Source of the DNA: Klebsormidium nitens
Taxonomy: Eukaryota > Plantae > Klebsormidiophyceae
DNA: 64,000 nucleotides
Reading direction: 5' to 3'
Assembly (NCBI GenBank): GCA_000708835.1
Contig: DF237327.1
Location: forward strand, 1 to 64,000
Shown here: in pieces, positions 23,701 to 34,832 of the stretch
Numbering within the stretch: the first letter of the stretch is position 1
Layout of the letters: every line of letters starts with the position of its first letter
Translations under genes and position numbers: made by a program
Notes under the pieces: model-generated
What the model saw: the letters and a program-made list of their open reading frames with translations, nothing else
Database searches by the model: none
Told to the model about the DNA's origin: nothing

Positions 23701-26700
23701 CTGTACCAAGTTGTTCCAGCACCCGGGTTGACGAGGCACCGTCCTGTGTGTGCAGAAGCTGCTGGCCGTTGGTGACGTGTACCCAAAAGAGGTTAAGCTA
23801 ACCAAGGGCGAACACACCATCCGGTACAGGATACGGTAAGCGCTGCAAACACCGATCACGGCCGGCCGGAGACGTTGACTTGGAGCAAAAGATAACCGAC
23901 GGCCCTCTGCACTCTCCCTTCCGCTTTCAGAACAATGGTCATGTGATTGGGATCCGAGGAACTGGATTACGGCAATATCAGCATAGGTCGGGGTCCAAAC
24001 GGAGGTTGATCTGGTGCAGGCACGACAACGTTGGGTACCTAGAGAAGCTGAAGGGATTGGTCTTGCGGCTTGAAAGGACGCTCGAAGACAAAGTAAGCCT
24101 TGCTCCCTCCGTCAAAACGTTCTGCCTTTGCCTCTGATGGCCTTGGATGCGTCTGATGCAGAACGTCGAATGCAGCGGCACGAGAGTTTCAAGAAGCCCT
24201 GAGCAGTGCATGTGTGATGCTTCAAGGGCGTCTCGAGCTCATGCACAGAAGCAAGTCCGAGAAGCATGGACTAATCCCTTCCATGCGCGGATGAGGACGA
24301 TGTGACGAAGTTGTATTCAGATTTCGAAGCATTGCAAGCTCAAGTTCGGGAAATAACGAGCCGGCATTGCCGACTAAGCCTGTAATAGTATCCAAACACT
24401 TCAAGGCGCTTGAATCTCTTGATTTGCTGGTTGCAGGCGTCCCTCAAGCTGACGACCCACTCATCCCTAGATGGCGTCATCACGAACACGAAGAAGCTGA
24501 CGTCAGCGACCATGCTATCCGGGTGAGCGGACCAACATGTGCCTTTAAGGGGACGTTCGCCGACCACACGTGAATCCTCTCTCCATGTACTCGGCCGTCA
24601 ACAAGTTACTCATGATCCCAAACGCGACTCGCTGCCATCCAGAAAGCGAAGCCATTGCTTTCTCTAAATGGACATAATTGGAAGGACCACCCAAGCTAGT
24701 ATTAATCCGCTGCAAAAAGTGGACTAAACAGGGATAGGTGGATGGAAGGGCTCGCGTCCTTCATATGACATTTCTTAGCTTCACTCCTCTCCTTATGCAG
24801 GGAGATGCGCTCCGTCTTCTTTGCCCCCCCTCCCGCTGACAAACTCCCCAAGGTACCTCTTCTGGCCATCGTCCCACCGCTTGGCCTTGCTTCCAGCCAC
24901 ACTTTCAGACCATTGGGCCTCCTTCAAGTTCGGGAATTCTCAGCTGTGTACGTCGTTTTGTTGTTGTTTCTTACGGGCTCCACTCCGCTCTGCTAGGGGT
25001 GCTCGCTTCCTTCTTTGCGTAACTGCGTTAGATAAGAAGACACTTACAACTCATGCTTTTGTCTACCGACTCTTACTGAGGATTTTTGAAAGACAGACAG
25101 TTCAATCGCTTACTCGTTGAAATGAGCGCGTAATAATCCTCAAGTTGATCTGGTCTTGCTTGCACGTGCTGCTTCAGATTTCTGATGATCTGTCCATGTT
25201 TCCTGTTGCAGGACGCTGCTCCCGGGACCTTGCTCCGCGGCCGGGCCACCTTCGGCAAGCTCTCGTCTTCCAATGGGGACAACGGCGCGGCTTGCCCCGC
25301 AGCTTCCCAGCTCGTCTACATTGTGCCGCCAGCTGTCAAGGTGAGGGATCGTGATGTATGTACAAGAGGGGGCAGCTTATATAAGTGGAGACAGAGGTCA
25401 TAGAAGCAGGAGTAAGCTGGGTTGCAGAGCAGCCTCGTTATCACTTGACCTATGCCGCCAGCTGTCAAGATGGGCTTTCGGAATGTTCGTGAAGTCGAGA
25501 TACTCTTGCATATGCAGGGAGCAAGCCGGGGACGGTGAGATCGACTTTCTCTGACGTTCTATACCCTGATTTGCTAAAGCTATAAATAGCGACAACTTCG
25601 TTTCGTGTGGGGAAGAAATTGGTCGGGCCTGTGCTTGCAGGAGGACAAGGACAAGAAGGGCAAGGACGATGCCAAGAAGACGGCCACTGAGAAGATGCAA
25701 GAGGAGGTGAGACGGACGTCAGTGCGACCCGGATATGAAGCTCTGCAAGTACCTTTAAGGTGGCGTGCGCGACACGCCCCTTGTCAGGCCCAAGATGCCG
25801 ATGGCACTGTTCCGCCCCCAGTTCGATGCGGCCGGCAAAAGCCGTACGTCCTTCTCGTGGCGGTTTGACGAGCATTTTCGTCGCTCCGGTTATGGGGACC
25901 CGACGCCCCCTTTCAGCTGCATGCGTTTGACGGCACAACGAGTGCATCCGAGCATTTGTGTGGCTCATTCCAGTCCCTTGAAAGCTCGCACATCAGCAGG
26001 TGTTCAAGCTTTCTCCGAGGAAGTACTTGTCGTCACGTTCTCCGGTAATCTATCAATCGACCCTTGCCAGATTGCTTTCTCTTTTATGACGCAAGCCCAG
26101 AACGAAAAAACCAACAGGGTGCCGTTATCGAGGGTCTTAGGACAGTTCTGTGTTTATAGTGTGGCAGCTCTCGGGAGGACCTGTGCGTAATCTGAGGGCA
26201 ACTCAGTGACCTTCAACCCGTCAACCCTGAGAAGAGGTCGTACATGAACCTCTTTGCACCTTCAGTTACATGCGAAGGGCTAGAAAGAGAGGGCATAAAT
26301 TTCTGGTTTATAAATCTGAACGTGCACCTTGGCACTCGCAGTTGCGTGACGTCAAGCTGAAGGTGCTGACGGGGCTGCCAACGTCGACGGATGAGGAGCG
26401 CGCGGAGTTTGAGCAGCTGGCCAAGGACCTTAAGGTTGGGCTTTTGGGGTTTCAGGGTTTCCCGATTCTGGGTTTTGAGGATTTCAAGGTTACGGGTTTC
26501 AGCGTTTTAGGTGGATACGCAATTTAACCGCAGTTGTGTAAGGCTTCGCTGATCTGAACAATTGCGTTCTTGTGCTTGCCAAACTACACTGCGTGACGAG
26601 CCAGCGTAGATTCCTGGAATACCCTTTTTCAGGAGCCAAAACGCGCACAGCCTTTCAAAATAACACGTTCTGCCCACCTTCTGACCATATTCGTTCTGAA

Positions 26701-29700
26701 ACCATTTCGTGAGACGGCTCTGCGAGACTCAGTGGTCGGTTCCTGATGGGCTATGTGGTTGAAGATTCGCTCGAAGTTCGGCATCTTTTGCAGGAGGAAT
26801 GCAGCAGAATCTTGAGTAGTATATAGAAACGTAAAACGCTAGAGGCTGTCAGGTATGGAAGCGCACGCCTCACAGCAGACCCGCATCTCCAGACGACACT
26901 GGCACGTCAGTAATCCCTCCGTTTCACGCTGTCAAATCAGGAACTGTCAAATCGTTCCGATCCTAGCAGGCCAGTAAACCCCCCCGTTTTGACGTCACTT
27001 TGTTCCGCAGGCGGAATACCCGAGCCACGTGCCCTTGTTTGTGGAGCTGCTCCACAAGGTGGACGGAACCAAGGAGAAGCGGCGCGCAGTTCTGCCTGAG
27101 GTGCGGACGCTTTTCCTGCTAGTGATTGGATCGTTTGCCAAACTCTCAGATATTAGTTCTCTGATCTGTGATGACGGAAATCAATTATCGACTCTCTGAG
27201 TCTGTGATGAGATGCTGGAAGTCGTAGCATCGGTAAGTTAAAGCGAAGCCTTCGACAAGTCGTCGAACGAAGCGGTTTTGAACCTAGCGGTTTGGAGGCG
27301 CTCCGCAGTTCGGTCGTCTCCAAACTTCTTGGTTGAACGTCAATTCTTCTTCGCCAGAGGCCCTCTGAACAGTTGCGTTACCAGCATCGATCCGGGAGCC
27401 GCGTGTCCAAATAATGATAAAAGTCTCTTGTTTACTTATCGGTTTACTCAATCACGACCTTCTCGTCACCGCAGGTTGTTGCGGCGGCTGACAAGGTGAT
27501 CAGCCTCATTGACACCAAGGTGCTGGCGGACTGGTTCGCGCAGAAGAGCGAGCCCGAGGGAGAAGACGCTGCCAAGGTGAGGGCCGCGCAACCACAGCGG
27601 ATAGAGAAGCGGCGTTCTCATCGCCTACGACTTTGTAATCAGGGGCTAGTTTTTTGGCACTGCTTTCAAATGGTGTCAGCCTCTAGGCTGCGATCCGCCA
27701 AAAGGGATGGTTATCCATTTTCTGCTCTGTTTGACCCGATTGTGCTGTAGTAGGTCCCAACTGAAAACAAGGCCGCTTAAATGGGGAACGTTCGGACAGT
27801 ATCGTAAGTAGTTGGCCCATGGCTGGCTGAGTTTTGTGCCGCCCTTCACTAGATAATAGACTGGATGCTGCCGTAATATTGCCTGGATTTTGTAACCGGA
27901 GTTGGAAAAACCTATCGCTTGACGAATCCGAAACGAACGCGCATGAATCCGCATTTCGCTTCTCAGCTCAACTTTGGCGACCAGCACTATATCAATACCG
28001 ATTTTGCTCCACTGCAGTTGAAGAAAGAGCACGAGAGTAATCGCGACATCTTGGTGGACGCTTTAACTAGAAAGGGGCTCGCGCTGGCGGAGCTGGAGGA
28101 ACCCGAGAAGGACGAGGTGAGCCCCGCCGCTTACGACTTCTTGAGGAAGCAAAGTCGGCCGAGGCAGACTGCGGGTTCAATGTATAAGGAGTCCGAACCG
28201 TTTTGTAGCTCTTAGCGTATCATTGCTGGCGCAAGAACCATAAGATTGATGAACCCTCTTCTTCTTTGCAGAGAAAGTGGATGTTTGGGCTTTCGTTCTT
28301 CAGTATAGTTCCCTTACTAGAAGATTTGGAGTGGCCTGCCAACAAAAGAGGACGGTTTGTTCATAAAATTTTTGATCATTGTCTCCCTATGTATCTCTTT
28401 CGATGTCGTCAAATGGATGTAGAAATATACAGGGCAACATGGTTTGAACTTTCACACCACCTTGAACCGTAAGCGAAGCTTTTCAGGTTCGCTCAGGTCC
28501 GCTCCCCATGTCCTTCGTTCAGGGGTTGGAACATTTCTGCGCAAGCTGACTCTTCGGTGACGTCAGGAAGTTTGTAAACTCTTCGCCTGACAGCTTCTCG
28601 ATTCCTGAGCAGCAAAAACTTGGCTTTTTCTCCAGGCTGCCTCCAAGAAGAAGAAAGCCAAGCCGTCCGAGCAATCGGTGCACGGACCTACCAAATTTGA
28701 GGACAAGACGCCCGAAGCGTCCGAATCAATACCTGCGCTGTCCAATACGCAAACGGACACGACAGCTGCGTCCGCTGAAGTCGAGGGGCTCTCGAAGACG
28801 TCGAAAAAGCCGGCCAAGGAGGCCGAGGCGAAAATGGAAGTGGGGAGCGGAACCGGAACGCAAGCGGAAGCCGATGCGTTCGAGGAGAACTTCCGCGAGC
28901 TGCGGAAATGGGTGGACACGAGTTTGGCCAAGCACGGCATGCTGGTGTACAAGCGCGAGAAGCGCGCGGGGCGGCTGGGCCACGCACTCAAGGTGGGCTT
29001 TCTACGATATTTTGAAATATTTGCAGCCACAATTTTGCAGCTACAGTTTCTTGTAGCTAGAGTTGTACAGTATCAGAGCCCCAGTTGTGCCAACTTTCGA
29101 ATAAAAATCTGCTTACGTTTAGGAGTTCTGCCAGCTGTCAGAGGTTTCCGAACCAAAAACGTGCGGGGGGCCTGCAACAAGCGCTCCAGATGGGCGCTCT
29201 GAAGCCCTGGGATGACGTGTTACGCTTGGGCTTTGCGTTGGAGTCGCTTAGGGTTTTGCTTAGGGCTTGCTTTGGGTTTGCTTCTGAATTTCGCTTGATT
29301 TGCTTGGGTTTGCTTTTGGGTTTCGCTCAGGGTTGCTTGGCGATTCGCTCAAAAAGCCTAGGGTTTCGGAGGTCTGCTAGTCGGTGTACTTACTGCACAG
29401 TCTCAATTGGAGCCAGTTACGCCTTCTCTTTCAACTATCACTGCACGACCATCCTATCCTAGAGCTTTAGGACTTGAACCCCTAATGTTGCTTAGAAGTG
29501 GCAACGTGTCCTTTCGTTATGGAATGTTGGCACTTAGCAAGGAGGCTCGATATCTTTTAGAGGGGTATCGAGCTCGACGGGTTATCCCACGCTTTTCCAG
29601 ACTCCTGCAGTCTGCTTGACTCGTCAAATAGGCAACCTGTTTGCTTCTTCCCATGGAAAAGCTTGCTATTCGCGCATCACGCGCGTTTCTGAACGACGAG

Positions 29701-30009
29701 AACCACGTTTAGATTGCGCCAGTTCATGTTTGCTGACATGCAAGGGCGTTGTCAAAGCAACCACCCAAATTTCTCACCGAAGTGCATGACGGTCTAAAAG
29801 ACGCCAGCGATCCTCTTTGTCTCATAGTTACTTGACTTCCACGAATGCAGGCCCTGAACAAGGCGATTGATGACGACAGCAAGGCCACCGAGCGGTCAGC
29901 CTACGAGGCCCGGGCGGAGCTGTACGACCTTCTGGGATGGCCGCAATGGGCGAACTACGAGAGAAGCTGGCTCAGGATACGGTTTCCGGGCAGTTACCCG
30001 CTGTTCTAA
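11740..30009 (+). CDS. TPP2: Tripeptidyl peptidase II (subtilisin-type S8), about 30 exons
   Basis: Catalytic motifs: IF|DSGVDP (exons ending 12217 and 12525-12603), SPH|GTHVAGI (15665/15840) and NGTSMSSP (about 17855-17878). Also [44 protein letters not shown] and the C-terminus RFPGSYPLF* (TAA ends 30009). Exons are bounded by canonical GT/AG. Confidence 0.98.
15899..15992. repeat. Intronic tandem duplication (2 copies, 55 bp period) in TPP2
   Basis: GTTCAGACATTCACCGCTTATCCTTTATGAATCTCCTAC versus GTTCAGACCTTCGCCGCTTATTCATTAAGAATCTCCTAC. Confidence 0.8.
19257..19910 (+). repeat. Tandem array of a TPP2 acceptor site plus exon 5' part: three degenerate pseudo-exon copies preceding the functional exon 19756-19910
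   Basis: AG|TTC... copies start at 19262, 19436, 19603 and 19756 and translate as [58 protein letters not shown] and [26 protein letters not shown]. Confidence 0.9.
26441..26511 (+). repeat. Degenerate telomere-like (TTTYAGGG)n tract in a TPP2 intron
   Basis: TTTTGGGG TTTCAGGG ... TTCTGGG TTTTGAGG ATTTCAAGG TTACGGG TTTCAGCG TTTTAGG; about 9 imperfect units. Confidence 0.5.
29223..29370 (+). repeat. Degenerate (GCTTAGGGTTT)n-like minisatellite in the last TPP2 intron
   Basis: Recurrent GCTTGGGCTTT, GCTTAGGGTTTT, GCTTAGGGCTT, GCTTTGGGTTT, GCTTGGGTTT, GCTCAGGGTT and CCTAGGGTTT. Confidence 0.6.
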
Positions 30010-31071
30010 AAACGGAACGCCTCAATGAGCCTCTGCGGGGGGTACGGGCCGCCTGAAAAGTGGAGACGAGCTCTCCAGTCTCTTTCGTCTTTTATTGTGC
30101 AAGCAACTATGTTGATAAAAGTATCGGCGCTTGTTCAAGCTCCAGCGATCATGTCTGGGATCCCGACCAGTCGTCATGTCAAAATCAGTACACCCCTGAA
30201 TGATTTCCTTTTTGCAGACCCACAACCATGCCATGTACACGACTGCCAAGTTGGCATTAACGATCGCCGACCACGATGCGATTGGGACTCGCGATGGAAT
30301 AGATGTGTCCATGATGCCAGGTTGAAGCTGCGCAGTTGATAAATTAAGGCTGACGATTTCAACCGAACCAATTGGTGAGGCGGGTACGCCTAGCACGAGT
30401 CAGGCAAATCTTGCGAATGCACAGCTCTGACTGAAGTGATCATGTACTGATTCAGGCGGCCGGATCGAGTCGTGACTGAATTTCCGATGGCGCACATGTG
30501 GCACTAGCCGGAGCAGATCGTACGATCTTATTGCGAAACTTATTGTCATATCATTGAAACTCGAACTTCCAGAGATTTCTTGGCCCCAAGATACTATAAT
30601 TAAACCACGTCACAATTAGGACTTAGCAACGGAGTTCGCTGCATGGACGTCCATGCAGGCGTGAATGGTATAAATGTTGACTCATTGTCTCTCGCTCTCG
30701 CAAATGACACGCCAGGCTTTCCAATTACTTCTTTCTTTGTTTGGACAAGGCATTAATTGATCACCAGATTGAACGTTTCGCAGTACGCCTCGTCCGGCGT
30801 TCATTTGGGCGCGGCGGCATGATTGGGAAATGATTGAAACGTACTAAGATATATGCTAGCAGCACTTATAGCAGAGCTTCAAGCTGTTGTGTTATTGAAA
30901 AAGGTCGGATCGGATCATGCTAAAGGGTTCTGACTGAAGCTAGACCGTGCATGACTCACGGTATCATCCGATGGTCAAGCAGATTTATGTTTGGATCATG
31001 ATTCCAATTGCAACTTACTAGATCCGCATGCAAGAGCTTTAGTATGCTCAGGCAAACTTGCCCCAGCTAGC

Positions 31072-31366
31072 TACCGTAGTCCAACGTGATGATTCCGAAC
31101 GATTTTATTTCGAATTATTTTCCAACAATCCGACCAGGAAAGCGGAATTATTTATGCAGATTCCGACAACAATCCGAATGCCCTATGTTCCCCGTAAGAA
31201 GGGGATTTTTAAGGGCCATTTTGGCCGTTTTGGGGCTTCCGAGGACCATTCTAGAATTATTTAACCTTTCCGAATTTTCACTTTCCGAACGAGAATTCCG
31301 AATATCTGACTTTCCGAATGCAGATAATTATTTATTTATTCGGAATCATTACCTTGGACTACGGTA
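31072..31366. mobile_element. MITE with TA target-site duplication (Tc1/mariner-pogo superfamily-like), element 31074-31364
   Basis: Left end TA|CCGTAGTCCAACGTGATGATTCCGAA; right end reverse-complemented is TA|CCGTAGTCCAAGGTAATGATTCCGAA (26-bp TIR, 2 mismatches). The interior is AT-rich with repeated TTCCGAA and has no ORF of note. Confidence 0.85.
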
Positions 31367-31730
31367 CGTATCGAACGGGACGACGGTATACTCGTATGTA
31401 AAGTAAGTATTAAGAGACAGTCACTCAGTTTCTGAATTAGTCCACTATTCAACAAACTCATGTCGGACAATCGTCCTTGACTTTCTCATGCCTAACTTAT
31501 AGCTGTTAACCTCAGTGCGCAGCCTCTACTAATCTTCACTTAATTAATATTTGTTACAAGTTCTAACTTTACGTTTTAAGGCTTGCATGCAATCACTGAT
31601 TTCAGGATTCTTACACCCGTTATACCTGACTGTTCACTAGGTTCTCGACAGCATTTCTGTCCGATCAGATGTTTGTGTTCTCGTGTGCACACGAGCTTAA
31701 AAGATTAAAAATCTAGATAGCGCTTGCAAT

Positions 31731-33167
31731 TTAGGCTAGCTTTACATTTGATACTGAGCAGCTCTTGCTGAGAAGCTGCCGTGTGCTGGGGTCGATGCTC
31801 AAAGTGCACTTCAGGGTACCCTGCAGCAGTTGGACAAGGAGATGTGTCAGCCACAACTTTGACACTTCAATGATTGCGCTCGAAACCAGTACTTTGTTAG
31901 AGCTTAGACTCTTGCTTTATATGCACAGCGGCTCTTATGGTCCTGTATGCAACAGAGCTATGACACTACAACACTCATCTGGACTTGTATCTGTACATAA
32001 AACGTGAGGTTGCTCACTTGGCATAGTGCTTATTCCCAGTGACCAACACCAGCAGGTAATGGAGAGCGAATGTGAAAAGTCCACTGCATTGACAGGAGTT
32101 TTACGAGAGGCCCATCTTTTGTGGGGTCCTACAGGACCCCGTACGATGTAACTGGGCCAGTGCCTTATGCTCTTGTGCGTATGAGATCTTTCAACTAGAG
32201 ACCAATCCGGAGATAGAGACCAATCAACCTTGAAGGGGCGTCACTCACCTGGAAAGGGGGTGAGGTGATGCCCCAGATCTTCACGTTCCCCTTGATAACA
32301 CTGTTGGTTGCTAGCGGCACTGAACCGTTGTTGTACGCTGCAAATAAAGTTGATGGAAAGGTAAACATCCAGCCAAAACCTACATTCATTTGTTGCTTCC
32401 ATATTGTCACCTCAAAAGCACTACAGAAGCTGGGATGCAAGCACCTCAATCATGCTTGTGGCCAATTGATGGGGAGCTGCGGTGCTGGCTTCTGGATCTG
32501 GGAGTGGGGAAATCACGCAGAACAGCCATGCTAGCTTAGATGGAGCTAGCTAGGTGACAAACAACGAGTCACCTTCTGGTGCAATAACAAGAATCTGGAA
32601 GGTGCAACAAGACCAAGAGCCAGGAGTTTTACCTGCCAAGAAGTTGCTGGACTCGCTCAGTAGATCCACGTTGGCTATGGAGGCGCTTATGGTCACATTC
32701 TTCTCTGAGTTCTTGCCTTGTGTAAATGCGGGGATGAACGCTTGGCCGATCTGTCTTGTTTGGAAGAAGAGGTCTACTGTGCTATTCTTCACGTTGATCT
32801 CTAGCCGATTGGGGTTCTTAGTGAGCAGATTGAGAGCTAAGCTTGAGGTCAGGAAGAGCGTGGCATTCCCGTCTGTGCTACTGTTTCCTTGCGCTACTGA
32901 GAAATCTTGCACTGAGGCGCTGGTTATGCTGTACGATGGGGACTTTGGCTTCAACACAAGGTAGCCGACAAGTGCTAAGATGCCGAGAGCTAGGATGATG
33001 AGAAAGAGAAGGATGCAGAGAGAACAACACAAGCCTCTACAGGAGCACCACCCCCTCTTCTCCCTCTTGTATTGGCGCACAGCAGGATTTGGAAGGCCGT
33101 CGTCATGGAACTTGCTGTTAGGCCCATAGGTCCCTTGGTTCCCATTGGAAACATAGGCGCCATTCAT
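31731..33167 (-). CDS. NDR1/HIN1-like (NHL) / LEA_2 domain membrane protein
   Basis: Exons 33167-32633, 32337-32249 and 31820-31731. Cys-rich CSCRGLCCSLC, then a TM helix, LKPKSPSYSITSASV, KNPNRLEINVKNSTVDLFF, GQAFIPAFTQG and C-terminal LKCTLSID...SKSC, the typical NHL/LEA_2 layout. Confidence 0.88.
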
Positions 33168-33199
33168 GATGGCTTCGGGGCTGGAGTCACTGCACAAAA

Positions 33200-34830
33200 C
33201 CCGCCTCGTAAGCAGAAAAGCAGCTAGACCTGTGGCAGAGGGAAAGGAACGTTGCGCTTTGGCAGATTGAACTGTATTCTAGATGCTCAGGTTCACGGGG
33301 AATGAACCTCAACTTTGAAAGAAGAGCTTTTTAAAGGCAGACTCCAAAATCTGGTGCTGAAGCCACCTCTGTTCAAGCCGTTTGCCTTGCTCGCCTCGAC
33401 TTTTACGTCTCAAAGCTTGGGCTTTCCCTCAACTTTCCCTAAGCTGTAGGAGACCGCTCTTGATCTGGAGTCCTCCCCCAGATTTGCTGAAGTACTAGCT
33501 CAAAGAACCTGGGAGCCTTGGTAATATCACCTGGGAGGAGGTCTGCCCCAGACATATGCAGGTGTTCCTGCACACTCCCTTCAGATTCGCACAGGGCGCA
33601 TCTTGCAGTAAAGTGCACAGCAGTTTCCTGTTGAAGCAGGAGACATTTTTTGGGAGAAGGGGAGCAGCCGTGCAGAATTCAAGCAGCCGCCACTTGTCAC
33701 TCGGGATCCCCCAGAAATTCTTTGGTCAAACCTGGGTACTTTTGCGCTTGTGCTCGGGGGAAAACCACCGGGTTAATTCTTGGCGGTGGTACCGGTAAAA
33801 CGCAAGCAAGTGACCAGGAAAAGCTCCACCAGCATCGCGTTGACCGTGGAACCAGACGTACGGGTTTTTCGCGGGGCCTGGGCAGTGCCAGTGGGGCCTA
33901 GAGGCTAGAACTTAGGTAGTGTTGTCATAAGCTTAGGTTGTGTTGTCATACCGGTAGGTACTTATTATTCATCAAGGCCCTGACTCAGACTCAAGAGTCA
34001 GAGTCCAGTCTGGACTCTAGAGTACCGTACCTAGACTTGACTTAGCTAAGTGACGGACCAGGACGGTACTGTTCTGTGGCTGTGCTCTAGCTATTCAGGT
34101 TCAGGTTCAGGTTTTCCAATAATGCAAGCATCATCGTGCGGTTGATTCTACCTGGTAGCTTAGCAGGGCTGCTGCAAGCGCCGTGCTTGGGCGAGCCAAC
34201 AGAGAAGGGTGGAAGAATACAGTTCCTGTATGCGCACGTGCCTCAGACTCCTCCCAGCTGGTGGGACAGGCAAGGTGAGTTGCAGCATAAGGACCTCACT
34301 TGCCGCTCTTACAGTATGTTGTGCCCCTGGCGTTTGCTAATAATGGACCGGAATGTCACATCTTTAAGCAGCTGCTTGCTGATGAAGAACTTGTGACCAT
34401 TTCACACCTTTGCAGGCCAATAGCTCCAAGCTTCTAGTATGCACTTGTCTTTGCGATTCCAGATGGCGCCTCCCTATGGTACAGCAGCAAGGGAGCTCTC
34501 ATGATCCTGCATAAATCCCATTCTGTAGAGTTATACCTGCACAGCATACAAGAAGCACCTCTGATCATGCCTTGCACTTCGACGCTTCTGCAAAGCATCC
34601 TCTGCCAGTCCTGACTGTGAATCTTTGGACTTGCAGGATCCAAGACTCCGCTGATTGGGGGTCACCGCATTGATAGGATATTGCGGGCAGCAATGCTGAT
34701 GGCCTTTCGTCATTCAGCAGGTCTGCCCTAGCTCTCAACCTCAGACATTGGATTCCGCTGATTAAGCGATGCTAGGGCCTCCGTAGGGCCTGTTTCTCTG
34801 GCCATTCCAATCCCTCAATCGCGTCCCCAG
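33200..34830. promoter_or_regulatory. Divergent (head-to-head) promoter/5' UTR region of the NHL gene and the NLR-like gene, with a hairpin cluster at 33980-34070
   Basis: Lies between oppositely oriented start codons (33167 minus, 34833 plus). Contains three adjacent inverted repeats and TGACTCA, TTGACT and GTAC motifs. Function is inferred from position only. Confidence 0.4.
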
Positions 34831-34832
34831 TC

